From assembly GCA_030704665.1 (NCBI GenBank), contig JAUYID010000009.1, positions 160,454 through 224,453 on the forward strand: a DNA stretch of 64,000 nucleotides. The letters run 5' to 3'. The notes under the pieces were generated by a model. It was given only the letters and a program-made list of their open reading frames with translations, did no database searches and was not told the DNA's origin. The position numbers and the translations under genes were made by a program. Shown piece by piece: positions 11,107-21,520 of this stretch (the stretch's first letter is position 1; every line of letters starts with the position of its first letter). Origin of the DNA: a bacterium (GTDB lineage Bacteria; Patescibacteriota; Microgenomatia; Woykebacterales; RBG-16-39-9b).

Positions 11107-12210
11107 ATGTCAAAAGTAGTTGTAGATAAAATTAGTTCAAAAATGGCTGATCTCCTGGCCAAAGAGGAGTACAGTCCCAAGGTCATTAACCGGGGACAGG
11201 TAGTTGAAGGTTTGGTAGTTGCCAAATATCCCGAGCAGATACTGGTTGATGTTGGGGCCAAAGCAGAAGGAATTATCAGCAGTCGAGAAATTGAATCTGA
11301 AGGAGCTAATATAGAGGACATGAAAGTTGGTGACAAGATCTTGGTTTATGTAGTTTCAGCGGAAGGGGAAAACGGTCAAGCCATTCTTTCTTTGAAGAAA
11401 ACTGGCGGAGAACGACGCTGGATCACAGCCACCAAAAAAATGGAAACCGGTGAAACCGCCTCAGTTAAAGTTCTTGAATCCAATCGTGGTGGTGTCATCG
11501 TTGATTTTGATGGTGTGCGTGGTTTTATTCCTTCCTCACACTTAGTCACCCCTAGTTCCGAAGTGATGGGACGGACTCTTGAGGTCAAAGTCATCGAAGT
11601 CGACAAAAAACTCAACCGCCTCGTTTTTTCCGAGAAAGAAGCTCACCCAGAGAGAGCCCTACCCAAGGTTGAACTGCCTTTCAAGGAAGGGGACAAATTG
11701 GATGGAGAAGTAACCAAGATGCTACCATTTGGATTCTTGGTCAGCTTACCTTCCGGGGTTGAAGGCTTGGTTCATATCAGTGAGGTCTCCTGGGAAAGAG
11801 TTGGAAATCTAGCTGAGATGTACAAGGTTGGAGAAAAAGTAAAAGTAAAAGTAGTCAGTATTGACCCCAGCAGTGGTAAAGTTAACCTTTCAATTAAACA
11901 ACTTTTACCCGATCCTTGGCAGGAAGCCGAAAGCAAATATCCAATCGGAAAAGAGTTGGATGCCGAAATTTCGCGGACCAGTTCCTACGGAGCTTTTGTT
12001 CAGCTAGAGTCTGGAATTGAAGGTTTGATTCACTCCTCCAAGATTCCTTATGGAACCAAACTTGAAGCTGGGTCCAAAGTCCATATTAGTGTAGATATTT
12101 TTGATGCCAAAACTCGCCGAGTTGCCTTGCGTCTTGTCACCAAAGAAAAAGACAAAGACTTGCCGGCTCTCAAGGCAGGAGACAAACCTAAAAAGACCAA
12201 GAAAGGTTAG
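11107..12210 (+). CDS. rpsA: Ribosomal protein S1-like protein with four S1 RNA-binding domains
   Basis: Four repeats of the S1 fold (G.V.G.V....GAFV/GLVHISE patterns). Lys-rich C-terminal tail. Confidence 0.7.
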   Translation: MSKVVVDKISSKMADLLAKEEYSPKVINRGQVVEGLVVAKYPEQILVDVGAKAEGIISSREIESEGANIEDMKVGDKILVYVVSAEGENGQAILSLKKTGGERRWITATKKMETGETASVKVLESNRGGVIVDFDGVRGFIPSSHLVTPSSEVMGRTLEVKVIEVDKKLNRLVFSEKEAHPERALPKVELPFKEGDKLDGEVTKMLPFGFLVSLPSGVEGLVHISEVSWERVGNLAEMYKVGEKVKVKVVSIDPSSGKVNLSIKQLLPDPWQEAESKYPIGKELDAEISRTSSYGAFVQLESGIEGLIHSSKIPYGTKLEAGSKVHISVDIFDAKTRRVALRLVTKEKDKDLPALKAGDKPKKTKKG

Positions 12211-12213
12211 GTC

Positions 12214-14640
12214 ATGAGCAAAAGACTGACAGAAAAATTTACGGATCGAGCCAAGAGATCTCTGGCGGTGGCTGCGCGTGAAGCCAAGCAACTAGGCTCA
12301 AGCTTGGTTGATACGGAACACATCTTACTGGGTGTTCTTCAAGATGAGACTAGCGTTGCTTTCAAAGTTCTAGCAAGTTTTCAAATCGATGCTATCAAAG
12401 TCAAAGAAGCAGTTGTCGCTTCAACAGATCCCAGAGACAAAAGTAATGAAGGTGAGGAGGGTTTTTCCGAAGCAGCTCAGGAATCAATCGCCGCCGCAGC
12501 TCTCCAAGCTTATCTTTGGGGTAGTGCCTTTGTCGGAACAGAACACATTCTTTGCGGACTAGCCAAGACCCCTTCTGGGTTGGCTTGTCACATTTTGCGC
12601 AGTTGGGGAGTTACCTACGAATCCTTGAAAAACCGAGTTGAAAGCTATTCACCTTATCAAAATCCGACAACCACTCCGAAAGAACCAAACACACCTCTTT
12701 TGAATACTTACAGCCGCGATCTGACTGTGTCCGCACGAGAGAAAAAGCTTGATCCAGTTATCGGTCGGGAAATTGAGATCCAAAGGCTGATCCAAGTTCT
12801 TTCGCGGCGTACTAAAAACAACCCGGTTCTTTTGGGAGATGCCGGTGTCGGTAAAACCGCCATTGTCGAGGGTTTGGCGCAAAGAATTGTTGACCGAGAA
12901 GTCCCCTCCCGCTTCTTCAATACCAGACTAATTAACCTTGATTTAAACGCTTTGGTGGCCGGTACTCGCTTCCGAGGCGATTTCGAAGAACGTTTGCTCG
13001 GAATCATGGACGAAATAAAAGAAGCGAGCAATATCATTCTTTTTATTGATGAGATCCAAACTATTGTTGGGGCTGGGGGTGCGGGGGGAGCTTTGGACGC
13101 AGCCAATATTCTCAAACCAGCTCTGGCCCGAGGCGAAATGCGCTGTATTGGGGCAACTACAATTGAAGAGTACGCCCACTTTATCGAGGATGATGCTGCT
13201 CTTGAACGGCGCTTCCAACCTATTCTTGTTGGTGAGCCCGATGGTGCGACCACAATAAAAATTCTGGAAGGATTGAAGTCACGTTATGAAAACTTTCACG
13301 GAGTCAAAATAAAAAAAGAAGCGATTGAACTTTCGGTAAAACTAGCCGCGCGTTACCTCACCGAAAGACACTTGCCGGATAGTGCGATTGATATTCTCGA
13401 TGAAGCAGCCAGCAAAAAGTCAGTCTCTTTAAACACCTTTAGCAAGGACATCCTAAAAATTGAGGAGTCTTTGCAAAATCTGCGTGATGACAAAGAGGAA
13501 CTAGTTAAAGTTGAGGAGTATGAAGAAGCCATGGAGTTGCGCGAACGAGAAAAAAGACTTTCAACCAAACTCAATATTATTGTCTCCAAAGATCCAGAAC
13601 CAAAAAACTCAACTTTTGTTACAGCCGAAGACGTAGCCAGTGTGGTTTCGATGATTACGGGGGTGCCGGTGGAGGAACTAACTAGCAACGAAGCAGAGAG
13701 GCTGCTCAATCTAGAAAAAGAATTGGGTAGGAAAGTAGTTGGTCAAGACGAAGTCTTGAAAGATTTGGCTTCAGTGTTGCGTCGCAGCCGCGTCGGTTTG
13801 CGTGACCCACGCCGGCCGATCGGTTCTTTTATCTTTCTCGGTACAAGTGGGGTGGGAAAAACCTTGGTGGCCCGAACTCTAGCCGAAGTAATTTTTGAGG
13901 ACCCAGAGAGCCTAATTAGATTGGATATGAGTGAGTTTTCAGAAAGACACACGGTTTCTCGTTTGGTGGGGGCACCACCGGGCTACGTTGGTTTTGAGGA
14001 AGGCGGGGAGCTGACGGACAGATTAAAAAGACGACCTTACTCAGTCATCTTACTCGACGAGGTTGAAAAGGCGCACCCAGAAGTTTTCAATATCCTCTTG
14101 CAAGTTCTCGAAGATGGTCAGCTCATGGATGGTAAGGGGCGAGTCATCAATTTCCGCAACGCGATCATCATCATGACAAGCAACGTGGGTTCTCATCTCA
14201 TTCGCCGTGAAGGAGATATTGGTTTTGTCCACATCAACCCAAGTGAAAAAAGAGCAATCGACGCAACACATAAAGACCTGTCCCAAAAACTAACTGGAGA
14301 ATTGCGAAAAATGTTTAAAGTTGAGTTTTTGAATCGAGTCGATTCAATACTAGTTTTCAAACCTTTACACAAAGATTCAGTCAAAAAAATCGCCAAACTC
14401 CTTTTGGATGAAGTCAAGATCCGTCTCAAAGACTATCGAATTAAACTTGATGTCCAGAACAAAGTTTACGATTTTTTGGTCAAAAAAGGTTTTTCTACTG
14501 AGTTTGGAGCTCGTGAACTACGACGCCTTATCCAGGAGGAGATCGAAGATCCGCTCTCCGAAGGGATTCTTTCCGGTACCTTTAGCCAGGGGCAGAAACT
14601 TTCTGTCAAAGTTGACCAAGACAAGATCGTTCTCAAGTGA
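12214..14640 (+). CDS. clpC: ATP-dependent Clp protease ATP-binding subunit ClpC (class III stress ATPase)
   Basis: Duplicated Clp_N repeats. Two AAA+ modules ([23 protein letters not shown]). UVR-like linker [13 protein letters not shown]. 808 aa with no ClpB-length middle domain. Confidence 0.85.
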   Translation: MSKRLTEKFTDRAKRSLAVAAREAKQLGSSLVDTEHILLGVLQDETSVAFKVLASFQIDAIKVKEAVVASTDPRDKSNEGEEGFSEAAQESIAAAALQAYLWGSAFVGTEHILCGLAKTPSGLACHILRSWGVTYESLKNRVESYSPYQNPTTTPKEPNTPLLNTYSRDLTVSAREKKLDPVIGREIEIQRLIQVLSRRTKNNPVLLGDAGVGKTAIVEGLAQRIVDREVPSRFFNTRLINLDLNALVAGTRFRGDFEERLLGIMDEIKEASNIILFIDEIQTIVGAGGAGGALDAANILKPALARGEMRCIGATTIEEYAHFIEDDAALERRFQPILVGEPDGATTIKILEGLKSRYENFHGVKIKKEAIELSVKLAARYLTERHLPDSAIDILDEAASKKSVSLNTFSKDILKIEESLQNLRDDKEELVKVEEYEEAMELREREKRLSTKLNIIVSKDPEPKNSTFVTAEDVASVVSMITGVPVEELTSNEAERLLNLEKELGRKVVGQDEVLKDLASVLRRSRVGLRDPRRPIGSFIFLGTSGVGKTLVARTLAEVIFEDPESLIRLDMSEFSERHTVSRLVGAPPGYVGFEEGGELTDRLKRRPYSVILLDEVEKAHPEVFNILLQVLEDGQLMDGKGRVINFRNAIIIMTSNVGSHLIRREGDIGFVHINPSEKRAIDATHKDLSQKLTGELRKMFKVEFLNRVDSILVFKPLHKDSVKKIAKLLLDEVKIRLKDYRIKLDVQNKVYDFLVKKGFSTEFGARELRRLIQEEIEDPLSEGILSGTFSQGQKLSVKVDQDKIVLK

Positions 14641-15995
14641 GCCTTGCCAAACCCTCCCCCTCTCTCTACAATGTTTTGACCATGTCCAAAGCCGCGACTA
14701 TTTATATCTGTCAGCAGTGTGGGTACCAATCACCCTCATATTTAGGGAAGTGCCCGAACTGTGAGAGCTGGGGGTCCTTGGTCGAAACTCTAGTAACTGA
14801 GCCTAAAGCCGGTAAAGGTCTAAGCCCAGCTCGGACAAAGCCAGTTAAGCTCGCAGAAGCCTCTCTGAAGCCCCTGAAGAGACTCGAGACTGGTTTGGAA
14901 GAGCTTGATCGGGTTTTGGGCGGGGGGATAGTTCCCGGCAGTCTGACCCTGCTTGCGGGCGATCCAGGCATTGGCAAATCTACCCTCTTACTTCAGCTGG
15001 CTTCAGAATTTACTTCCCTTTACGTTTCCGGTGAAGAATCAGTCGAGCAGGTCAAGATCCGCTTCAATCGGCTCAAACTCAAGGGTAAATTGATATCAAT
15101 TTTACCCGAGACGAACCTAGAAAGTATTTTGGCCTCAATTCAAGATGAGAAATACCAAGTTGTGATCGTAGATTCGATTCAAACCCTACTTTCTTCTGAG
15201 CTCAACTCAACTCCCGGAAGTATTGCTCAGGTGCGTGAATGCGCCTTTAAACTACAGAGACTTGCCAAGGAACAAAATGTGGCTGTTTTCTTGATTGGGC
15301 ACGTAACCAAAGAAGGAGCAGTGGCTGGACCAAAGGTTCTTGAGCACCTGGTTGATACAGTCCTTGTGCTTGAAGGTCAACGTGAGTCTGCTTTCCGTTT
15401 GCTTATTTCCAGCAAAAATAGGTTCGGTCCGGTTGACGAGATTGGAGTTTTCGAAATGGAGGAAAGCGGAATGAAGCAGGTCAGCAATCCAAGTAAACTT
15501 TTTCTCGAGGGTAGGGTTGAGGCTGCAGGTTCAGTTATCTTGCCCGTAGTTGAGGGTAGCCGTGTCTTGCTCACCGAAGTTCAGGCGCTCACCAATTCAA
15601 CTAGCTTTGGTTTGCCGATTCGCCGCAGCTTTGGTTTGGATCAGAACCGACTGCAACTGCTCGTAGCTACGCTTAACAAGCGGGCTGGGCTCAATTTACA
15701 AAATCAGGATGTTTTTATCAATGTTGTCGGTGGTTTGAAGCTAGTTGAACCGGCTGCTGATCTGGCCGTCTGCTTGGCTATTGCTGCGAGCGTGTCCGAT
15801 AGGGTAATATCAAAGCAAACAGTCTCTTTCGGTGAGGTTGGGCTTATGGGAGAAATACGCACCGTTCCCAACCTAAAGAAAAGAGTAGCTGAAGCTAAAA
15901 AGCTTGGTTTCAGCAAATTTATCACGCCAGAGACGGCCCGAACTTTGAAAGAGGCGATCGATCTGGCTTTTGAAAAGAAGTTTTTTACTAAATAA
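14637..15995 (+). CDS. radA: DNA repair protein RadA/Sms
   Basis: C4 zinc finger CQQCGYQSPSYLGKCPNCESW. Walker A GDPGIGKSTLLLQ. KNRFG motif. Lon-protease-like C-terminal domain. Confidence 0.85.
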   Translation: MSLAKPSPSLYNVLTMSKAATIYICQQCGYQSPSYLGKCPNCESWGSLVETLVTEPKAGKGLSPARTKPVKLAEASLKPLKRLETGLEELDRVLGGGIVPGSLTLLAGDPGIGKSTLLLQLASEFTSLYVSGEESVEQVKIRFNRLKLKGKLISILPETNLESILASIQDEKYQVVIVDSIQTLLSSELNSTPGSIAQVRECAFKLQRLAKEQNVAVFLIGHVTKEGAVAGPKVLEHLVDTVLVLEGQRESAFRLLISSKNRFGPVDEIGVFEMEESGMKQVSNPSKLFLEGRVEAAGSVILPVVEGSRVLLTEVQALTNSTSFGLPIRRSFGLDQNRLQLLVATLNKRAGLNLQNQDVFINVVGGLKLVEPAADLAVCLAIAASVSDRVISKQTVSFGEVGLMGEIRTVPNLKKRVAEAKKLGFSKFITPETARTLKEAIDLAFEKKFFTK

Positions 15996-16085
15996 GGGCA
16001 AAACGAATTTATCCTGTCTTTATCTGAAAATTGCCCGCCCTGAACTAGATTTAATTTAGCGCAGGGTAAGAAAGGAATTATCTTT

Positions 16086-16994
16086 ATGAGTTCAGGCCCC
16101 ACCCGCCTGGTTATCGGTGGTATTTTCTGTCTAATCGGATTCTTCTTTGTGCGCACTTTTGTTCATTTGAACGAGAGCGGTTTGCAGTTAGCTGCCTACT
16201 TCGGTGCGGTAGTTGTCGGGGGAGCAATCGGGGTCTATTTGATCCCGTTTCTTACAAACTTTCTCGCCGTTCTCACCGCCAATATTTCAAAGAGAGTTGC
16301 TGCCGAAGTTTCATCTCAGCTTCGTTTACCCTCGATTCCCAGGCAATTCCCACGACGGGAAAAAGAAAATGGCCAAAAATGGATCAACCCAATCTGTGTT
16401 GATACCAGTGCTTTGATTGACGGTAGAATTGCAGAAATCGTCGAATCAGGCTTCCTTTTCGGTACGATCGTTGTTCCCAACTTTATTTTGCTTGAGCTAC
16501 AGCACATTGCTGACTCAGCTGACGATCTCAAGCGAGGTCGGGGAAGAAGAGGTTTGGAGATAATGGAAATGATCAAAAAATCCAGGTATGTGAAAACGGT
16601 CGTTTACAGTGCGCCTGGTGAGGGTTTAAAAAATATTGACGAGAGGCTGCTCAAACTTGCCAAAAACCTCCATGCCAAGATCTTGACTACTGATTTTAAT
16701 CTGAACAAAGTTGCCACTGTCTCAGGGGTCAAGATTTTGAACGTAAATGAGCTTGTCAACGGGATCAAAACCCCTTTCTTGCCTGGTGAAGAGATTGAAG
16801 TCAAGGTTGTTTCTGAAGGAAAAGAAAAAGAACAAGGAGTTGCCTACATGCCGGACGGAACGATGATTGTGGTCGAGAGAGGAGCTGGCTACGTAGGTAA
16901 GAAAATAAAAGTTGTCGTTTCTCGCGTCTTTCAGACCGTTGCTGGACGCATGATTTTCGTCCAAATCCCCGAACAAGTTACTTCCCACAAATAG
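16086..16994 (+). CDS. YacL-like membrane protein with PIN and TRAM domains
   Basis: N-terminal TM helices, a PIN-like nuclease fold, and a C-terminal TRAM beta-barrel (VVERGAGYVGKKIKVVVSRV). Position after clpC-radA matches Bacillus synteny. Confidence 0.65.
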   Translation: MSSGPTRLVIGGIFCLIGFFFVRTFVHLNESGLQLAAYFGAVVVGGAIGVYLIPFLTNFLAVLTANISKRVAAEVSSQLRLPSIPRQFPRREKENGQKWINPICVDTSALIDGRIAEIVESGFLFGTIVVPNFILLELQHIADSADDLKRGRGRRGLEIMEMIKKSRYVKTVVYSAPGEGLKNIDERLLKLAKNLHAKILTTDFNLNKVATVSGVKILNVNELVNGIKTPFLPGEEIEVKVVSEGKEKEQGVAYMPDGTMIVVERGAGYVGKKIKVVVSRVFQTVAGRMIFVQIPEQVTSHK

Positions 16995-17164
16995 ACCGCT
17001 TTTTTCTCTAGCCACAAATTGCTGTACCAAACTTATAACAGAACCCTTGAGAGGAAAAGCCATTGGGAAGATCCACTAACTATCCACAAAAGGAAAAACA
17101 GCTATTTTTGAAGCTAAATTAACTATGGGGTAGAGGAAGAAGAGGACAATCTTTTGCTATAGGG

Positions 17165-17193
17165 TTGACAAAACTTGACAAAACAACTATAAT
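17165..17193 (+). promoter_or_regulatory. Perfect-consensus sigma70 promoter (TTGACA-17 nt-TATAAT)
   Basis: TTGACA at 17165-17170 and TATAAT at 17188-17193. Precedes about 480 nt with no plausible ORF, then a long stem plus U tract near 17600-17680. Confidence 0.55.
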
Positions 17194-17971
17194 ATGCCAA
17201 GATACCTCCAGTGAACGTTAAAGGTAGCTGGTGTATCTAGCTCTTTTAACAAAACAGGAACTGCCTTTTAGGTAGGCCTTGAGAGATTCTCGAACGGGCA
17301 GGGCGAGAGTCTTGACCCGCCATCTGGCGGGTGGAATTATCCGAAAAAGCCTAACTGTTTTCTTGACAGGATATTTGAGGGGTAGAAAGTAAAACTCTTC
17401 AAAAACGAAGCACCACCATGGCCTGTGGATCAATAGTCGCCGATGGCGGTGCCCCGGGAATACATCTGGACAGCAGGTGTACTCTTTAATGATTATTAAG
17501 ACAGCAACGAAAACAAAAATCAAGTCTGAAATGATCCTGACAAGAAAAGACGAAGCACAGTTATAACAAATAGTGAGTCCGAGGCATCCTAATTCGAACC
17601 TAGAAATGTTTAAGCAGAGGTCCCGGCGTCTGGTTTGGGGTAACACTCTTACTGGGCGCTGAGATCTCTGCTTAAGTTTTGCAGGATCGAAAAAGGGTGT
17701 TTTATGACAAGAAATTGACCAAGGCCTTTACAAGGCCTTTTTTTGTGCCTAAAAAAGGTAATTTTGTGCCTAGAGAAAATTTGAAAAATAAACAACTGAG
17801 ATTTTTATCGCACCTTTAATAACCAGTTTTTGGGTAAAAAAACTGATCATAAATTCGAAGCTATGAGTGTTTCTCCTTAGCCTCAAGAAGGGCAACCACT
17901 AGTTAAAAAACTCTTTAATTGGTGGTTGCCCTCACTCGAGGCGCAAAATTGAATTCAAATGGAGGAGCATC

Positions 17972-18292
17972 ATGCCTAGCGAACTTCCCGGGGGTCCAAT
18001 CCTGATCGTCTACGTTGCTGCTGCTGCCTTCATGGTAGCTGGACTAATCTGGAACCTCAAGTGGAGGAAGAAGAAGCGGTCTGAAGCCGACGACGCCTTC
18101 ATGATCGCCCATCGGCTTGCCGCGGCGAACCCAAACCTCAACCGCTACCAGCGTGAAGCAAACTACTTTCGCTTCACGGCCATGGTGCTGGAAGGGAGGG
18201 GTTCAGCAGTGGTGAGTGAGCACATCGGCTACATCCTTGAGGCTCTCGAAAACGGGCCGCAGCTTGTGGCGCAAGGAGGTGGAACTCCTTAA
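17972..18292 (+). CDS. Small membrane-anchored hypothetical protein (106 aa), first gene of the GC-rich island
   Basis: N-terminal TM helix (ILIVYVAAAAFMVAGLIW). GC-rich codons unlike the surrounding genes. Confidence 0.45.
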   Translation: MPSELPGGPILIVYVAAAAFMVAGLIWNLKWRKKKRSEADDAFMIAHRLAAANPNLNRYQREANYFRFTAMVLEGRGSAVVSEHIGYILEALENGPQLVAQGGGTP

Positions 18293-18331
18293 CCATCAAG
18301 GTAAACCGAACTCATCAACAGGAGGAAAACG

Positions 18332-19711
18332 ATGAATACCGGAAACAAACTGATGGGGTTGGGGGCGTTCCTCTTCGCCATCGCAGTCGCACTGACCTTC
18401 GCCATGGGCGGAGAGAAGGTGTTGACAGGCAATGACGTGGGCTTCCGAGTCCCGTTGAGGCCTGCTGACCCTTCGATCGCCGAGTCCTTGCCTTGCAAGG
18501 AAGATGAAGGTCAGTTGGTTGTACGCCCCCTGAACCGCCTTACTGGCAGCCTTTACAAGGGTCTCCAGGCAACGGCGGTGTACGGGTCTGAGCCTCTGCG
18601 CGGAAAGACGCAGGACGACGGCACGATCGTGTTCAGTGGAGTGCCGATAGGTGCTCAGCCGGCCGTCATCTTCGAGAGTAACGAGTTGGTCTGGACGGGT
18701 GATCGTATCTCCGAAAAGCACGTCCCGCTGCAACGCAGCCATGAGGACTGCACTGCGGAGACGGCGGTCTACCTTGTTCCGCTCAGTGATCCGAAACCGA
18801 CCGACTATACGACCAACATCGATCAGGACGGGTGGGGTCCGCAGTCGGCACCAGCGCCTTTGGCTCTCTTGCCCGGCCACGAACAGCAGCTGGTGAGTTC
18901 AGTACCGATCGCGCCAGACCCGAGCGCGGAACAGTTCTTCATGGGTCTCGACCCGCGAGAGCAAACTCGAGTCACTATGAACTGTAACGGGTTCAAGGTC
19001 GACGCTAATTCGGATCCGAAAGAGCTGATCTTCGACTACGATGAGGCCGTGAGCAAGGGCTTTATCAGTCAGCTCGAGGCGGCTGGTTTCGATTTCGAGA
19101 AGGGTCCGGGTGGAAAGCTTCTCATCAAGGGAAGTGGCTACAAGGTGAGCGTTCTTCTGGACGCAGGTAGCTGCGACACCCGTTTGGCAGGGGGCTTTAG
19201 CTTCAGCGGTGAGCCAGCCTCAATCGTCCAGCTCTTGGACGGTACGGTGGCAGTTTTAGACGACAAATGTCTGAACCTGATCACCCCCACGAAACCGCCT
19301 GAGGAGACACCAACCCCGACCAACACCCAGACCAAGACGGTCACTCCGACGGGGACAGTACCGGCAACAGGTACGCCAACGCCTACCTCGAGCCCAACGA
19401 ACACACCGAGCCCGACGAAGACTTTCACACCGACGAAGACGCCGGTCGTGAAGGAATTCCCGTCGTCGACACCGAAACCGCCGACCAGCACACCGGTGCC
19501 CTCGGCTACGGCAACTCCCGGTTGTCCAGGAGACTGTACACCGCCGCCGACGATAGCACCGACTAAAACGCTAGCGCCGGTTACGAATACGCCAGCGCAC
19601 CCGACGAACACGCCGATACCGTGCGACTGTCACAAGACGCCAACGATACCGGTGCCGACACCAACGGACTACCCAACCGAGGTGCCCACGCCGACACCCT
19701 GGATAGTCTGA
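18332..19711 (+). CDS. Secreted or membrane-anchored protein with a C-terminal Pro/Thr-rich region containing Cys pairs. In the GC-rich island.
   Basis: N-terminal hydrophobic segment, then about 300 aa, then (P/T)-rich linker-like repeats (TPTPTNTQTKTVTPTGT...GCPGDCTPPPT...CDCHKTP). GC about 60% by eye. Confidence 0.5.
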   Translation: MNTGNKLMGLGAFLFAIAVALTFAMGGEKVLTGNDVGFRVPLRPADPSIAESLPCKEDEGQLVVRPLNRLTGSLYKGLQATAVYGSEPLRGKTQDDGTIVFSGVPIGAQPAVIFESNELVWTGDRISEKHVPLQRSHEDCTAETAVYLVPLSDPKPTDYTTNIDQDGWGPQSAPAPLALLPGHEQQLVSSVPIAPDPSAEQFFMGLDPREQTRVTMNCNGFKVDANSDPKELIFDYDEAVSKGFISQLEAAGFDFEKGPGGKLLIKGSGYKVSVLLDAGSCDTRLAGGFSFSGEPASIVQLLDGTVAVLDDKCLNLITPTKPPEETPTPTNTQTKTVTPTGTVPATGTPTPTSSPTNTPSPTKTFTPTKTPVVKEFPSSTPKPPTSTPVPSATATPGCPGDCTPPPTIAPTKTLAPVTNTPAHPTNTPIPCDCHKTPTIPVPTPTDYPTEVPTPTPWIV

Positions 19712-19961
19712 CGAATGAGTAAAAGAGAGGGAATACAGGGAGACAGGAATAGAGATCAAAAGACTTGTAGTGGCAACACTGAAGTCTTCCTGCCCCTCTC
19801 TTTGAGCAAATCAAGCAAATTGGTTTTCTCGGAAAGGGGAGAACAAAGAACTACAAAGCCGATAGAGAGAGCTTTGGCTTGTTTGTTGATAAAGTCACTA
19901 TTACGCTCTTAAATTAAGGTATAAGGCCTTTGCCAGCCCCCAAGGGTAAAGAACGCAGGGC

Positions 19962-19991
19962 TTGACAAGGACCTATAGTGTAGGATATAAT
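19962..19991 (+). promoter_or_regulatory. Sigma70-like promoter (TTGACA-18-TATAAT) for the LPXTG protein gene
   Basis: cTTGACAaggacctatagtgtaggaTATAATact, about 75 nt upstream of the ATG at 20070. Confidence 0.5.
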
Positions 19992-20069
19992 ACTTGTACT
20001 TTTAACTCCCGCCCCGCTTTCAGAAGCGCTTATAAATTTGCCTGACCCAAGTTCTGTAAGTAAAAAAAT

Positions 20070-21356
20070 ATGTTGAAAAAATTAACAGCGAGTTTGCTTA
20101 CTGCCATTTTATCATTACCACTTTCTTTAGGGGTGGTTTCTCCATTGGCTTCTGTTGCCAATGCTACGGCTCCTCATTACACTCCAACTTTTGGAGTTGA
20201 TAAGGATCAAGCTAAAGCAGGAGATACTCTCACCTATACTTACAACGTCAAAAACGATGGTCAAGTTGATCTTACCAGCGTCTTTTTGGCTGGAAATCTT
20301 TCCAACTACATTACTTTGAAGCCTGGTACAACTACCGCTACTAAAGGTTCTACTTCTGTAACTGGATCTGATGCTTGGATCACTGACGGTCTCAACCTCG
20401 GTGGTCTTAAAGTTGGGCAAAGTGCTTCTGTAACTTTCAAAGCTACAGTTAAAGCGGGTGTTGCCGCTGGCTCTCTTATTCAAACTGTGATGCAAAGCAA
20501 AACAAATGAGCTTCCAAACTGGATTCAATGTGCTGCTTATACCAATGTGGGTGCTACTTTGCAGTACAAACCTTCTAAGAGTGTCGACAAGGCGACCGCG
20601 ACTATTGGGGACACTTTGACCTACACTTTGAAAGTAAAGAACAGCGGTGACTTGCGTCTGCACGATGTCTCTATCGCGGAAACCTTACCGACCAACGTTG
20701 ACTACATTGCTGGCTCTACTGTCTCAACCAAAGGTAGTTCTACAGTTAACGTTACCGACGCTTGGATTGCTGATGGAGTCAATCTGGGAAGCTTAGAAGT
20801 TGGACAAACTGCAACCGTAGTCTTCAAAGTCAAAGTTTCTGACTCTGCTAAAGACGGTGACACACTTCAAAACGTTGGACACTTCACAGCTAAAGAGTTG
20901 CCAAATGAAATCCAATGTGCTGCTTTGACCAAAGTTGTCGTTCCTAGCAAAAAGGGTTACATCAAAGTCATCAAGTTTGAGGACTTCAACGGCAACGGTG
21001 TCAAAGATGGCGCTGACAAAGCTCCAAAGACAAGCTTTACCTTCCGTGTCGTTGGTATGGGTCTTGATTTCACTTTGACTACCAATGCTAAAGGTACAGC
21101 TGTCAGTGGTGCCCTTCCAGTTGGAAGCTACACTGTAACTGAGAAAAGTAAAGCCGGTTGGACGGCAACTACCGCTAAGACGGTAACTATCGAAGTCGAA
21201 AACAACAAAGTTACCGAGGTGCGCTTTGGTAACAAGCAAGCTGGTAAAGTTCTGCCAACAGAACTTCCCAACACTGGTCCTGAACTATTCCTCTTAGGTC
21301 TGCTTGGTATCGGTCCGGCTGGACTGGTCATCAAGAAGCTTAAGAGCCGAATCTAA
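20070..21356 (+). CDS. LPXTG-anchored cell-wall surface protein with two DUF11-type repeats and a Cna-B/SdrD-like domain
   Basis: Signal peptide. Two GDTLTYT..V.N.G repeats (DUF11 signature). KFEDFNGNGVKDGADKAP...GSYTVTEK (Cna B-like). C-terminal LPNTG, then a hydrophobic stretch, then KKLKSRI. Confidence 0.7.
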   Translation: MLKKLTASLLTAILSLPLSLGVVSPLASVANATAPHYTPTFGVDKDQAKAGDTLTYTYNVKNDGQVDLTSVFLAGNLSNYITLKPGTTTATKGSTSVTGSDAWITDGLNLGGLKVGQSASVTFKATVKAGVAAGSLIQTVMQSKTNELPNWIQCAAYTNVGATLQYKPSKSVDKATATIGDTLTYTLKVKNSGDLRLHDVSIAETLPTNVDYIAGSTVSTKGSSTVNVTDAWIADGVNLGSLEVGQTATVVFKVKVSDSAKDGDTLQNVGHFTAKELPNEIQCAALTKVVVPSKKGYIKVIKFEDFNGNGVKDGADKAPKTSFTFRVVGMGLDFTLTTNAKGTAVSGALPVGSYTVTEKSKAGWTATTAKTVTIEVENNKVTEVRFGNKQAGKVLPTELPNTGPELFLLGLLGIGPAGLVIKKLKSRI

Positions 21357-21520
21357 GAAGCTTAGAAACTGATCTCCTGCCCGATCGGTTTTTAGCCTGT
21401 TGGAAAGAGAAAAGGCAGTCTATTGACAAGAGGTAGTGCAGAGTGTTTTAATGAGTGCGTTCTCAAACCTCACTTCAGTTTCCCTAGAATTTAAAACAGT
21501 GAGCTAGCCCAAAAAATAAA

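Noticed and set aside
12708-13253. 181-aa antisense ORF inside clpC, with similar antisense ORFs inside the GC-rich island (18296-18880, 19138-19611)
   Set aside because: They sit opposite well-supported genes. Their Arg/Ser/Pro-rich products are typical of reverse-frame reading. No independent signals support them.
17560-17620. Minus-strand GGTTCGAAT T-loop-like motif, considered as a tRNA or tmRNA 3' domain
   Set aside because: No acceptor stem, discriminator or CCA could be formed around it. No tag-peptide reading frame was found.
17218-17646. 142-aa minus-strand ORF (Cys/Arg-rich) within the candidate ncRNA region
   Set aside because: No RBS and an implausible composition. It is more likely non-coding.
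17195-17700. Possibility that the promoter-driven non-coding region is RNase P RNA or SRP RNA
   Set aside because: Conserved blocks were not found by eye: GGAAAGTCCGGGC / ACAGAACCCGGCTTA for RNase P, and GGAAGCAGCC for SRP. It is left as an unassigned ncRNA candidate.
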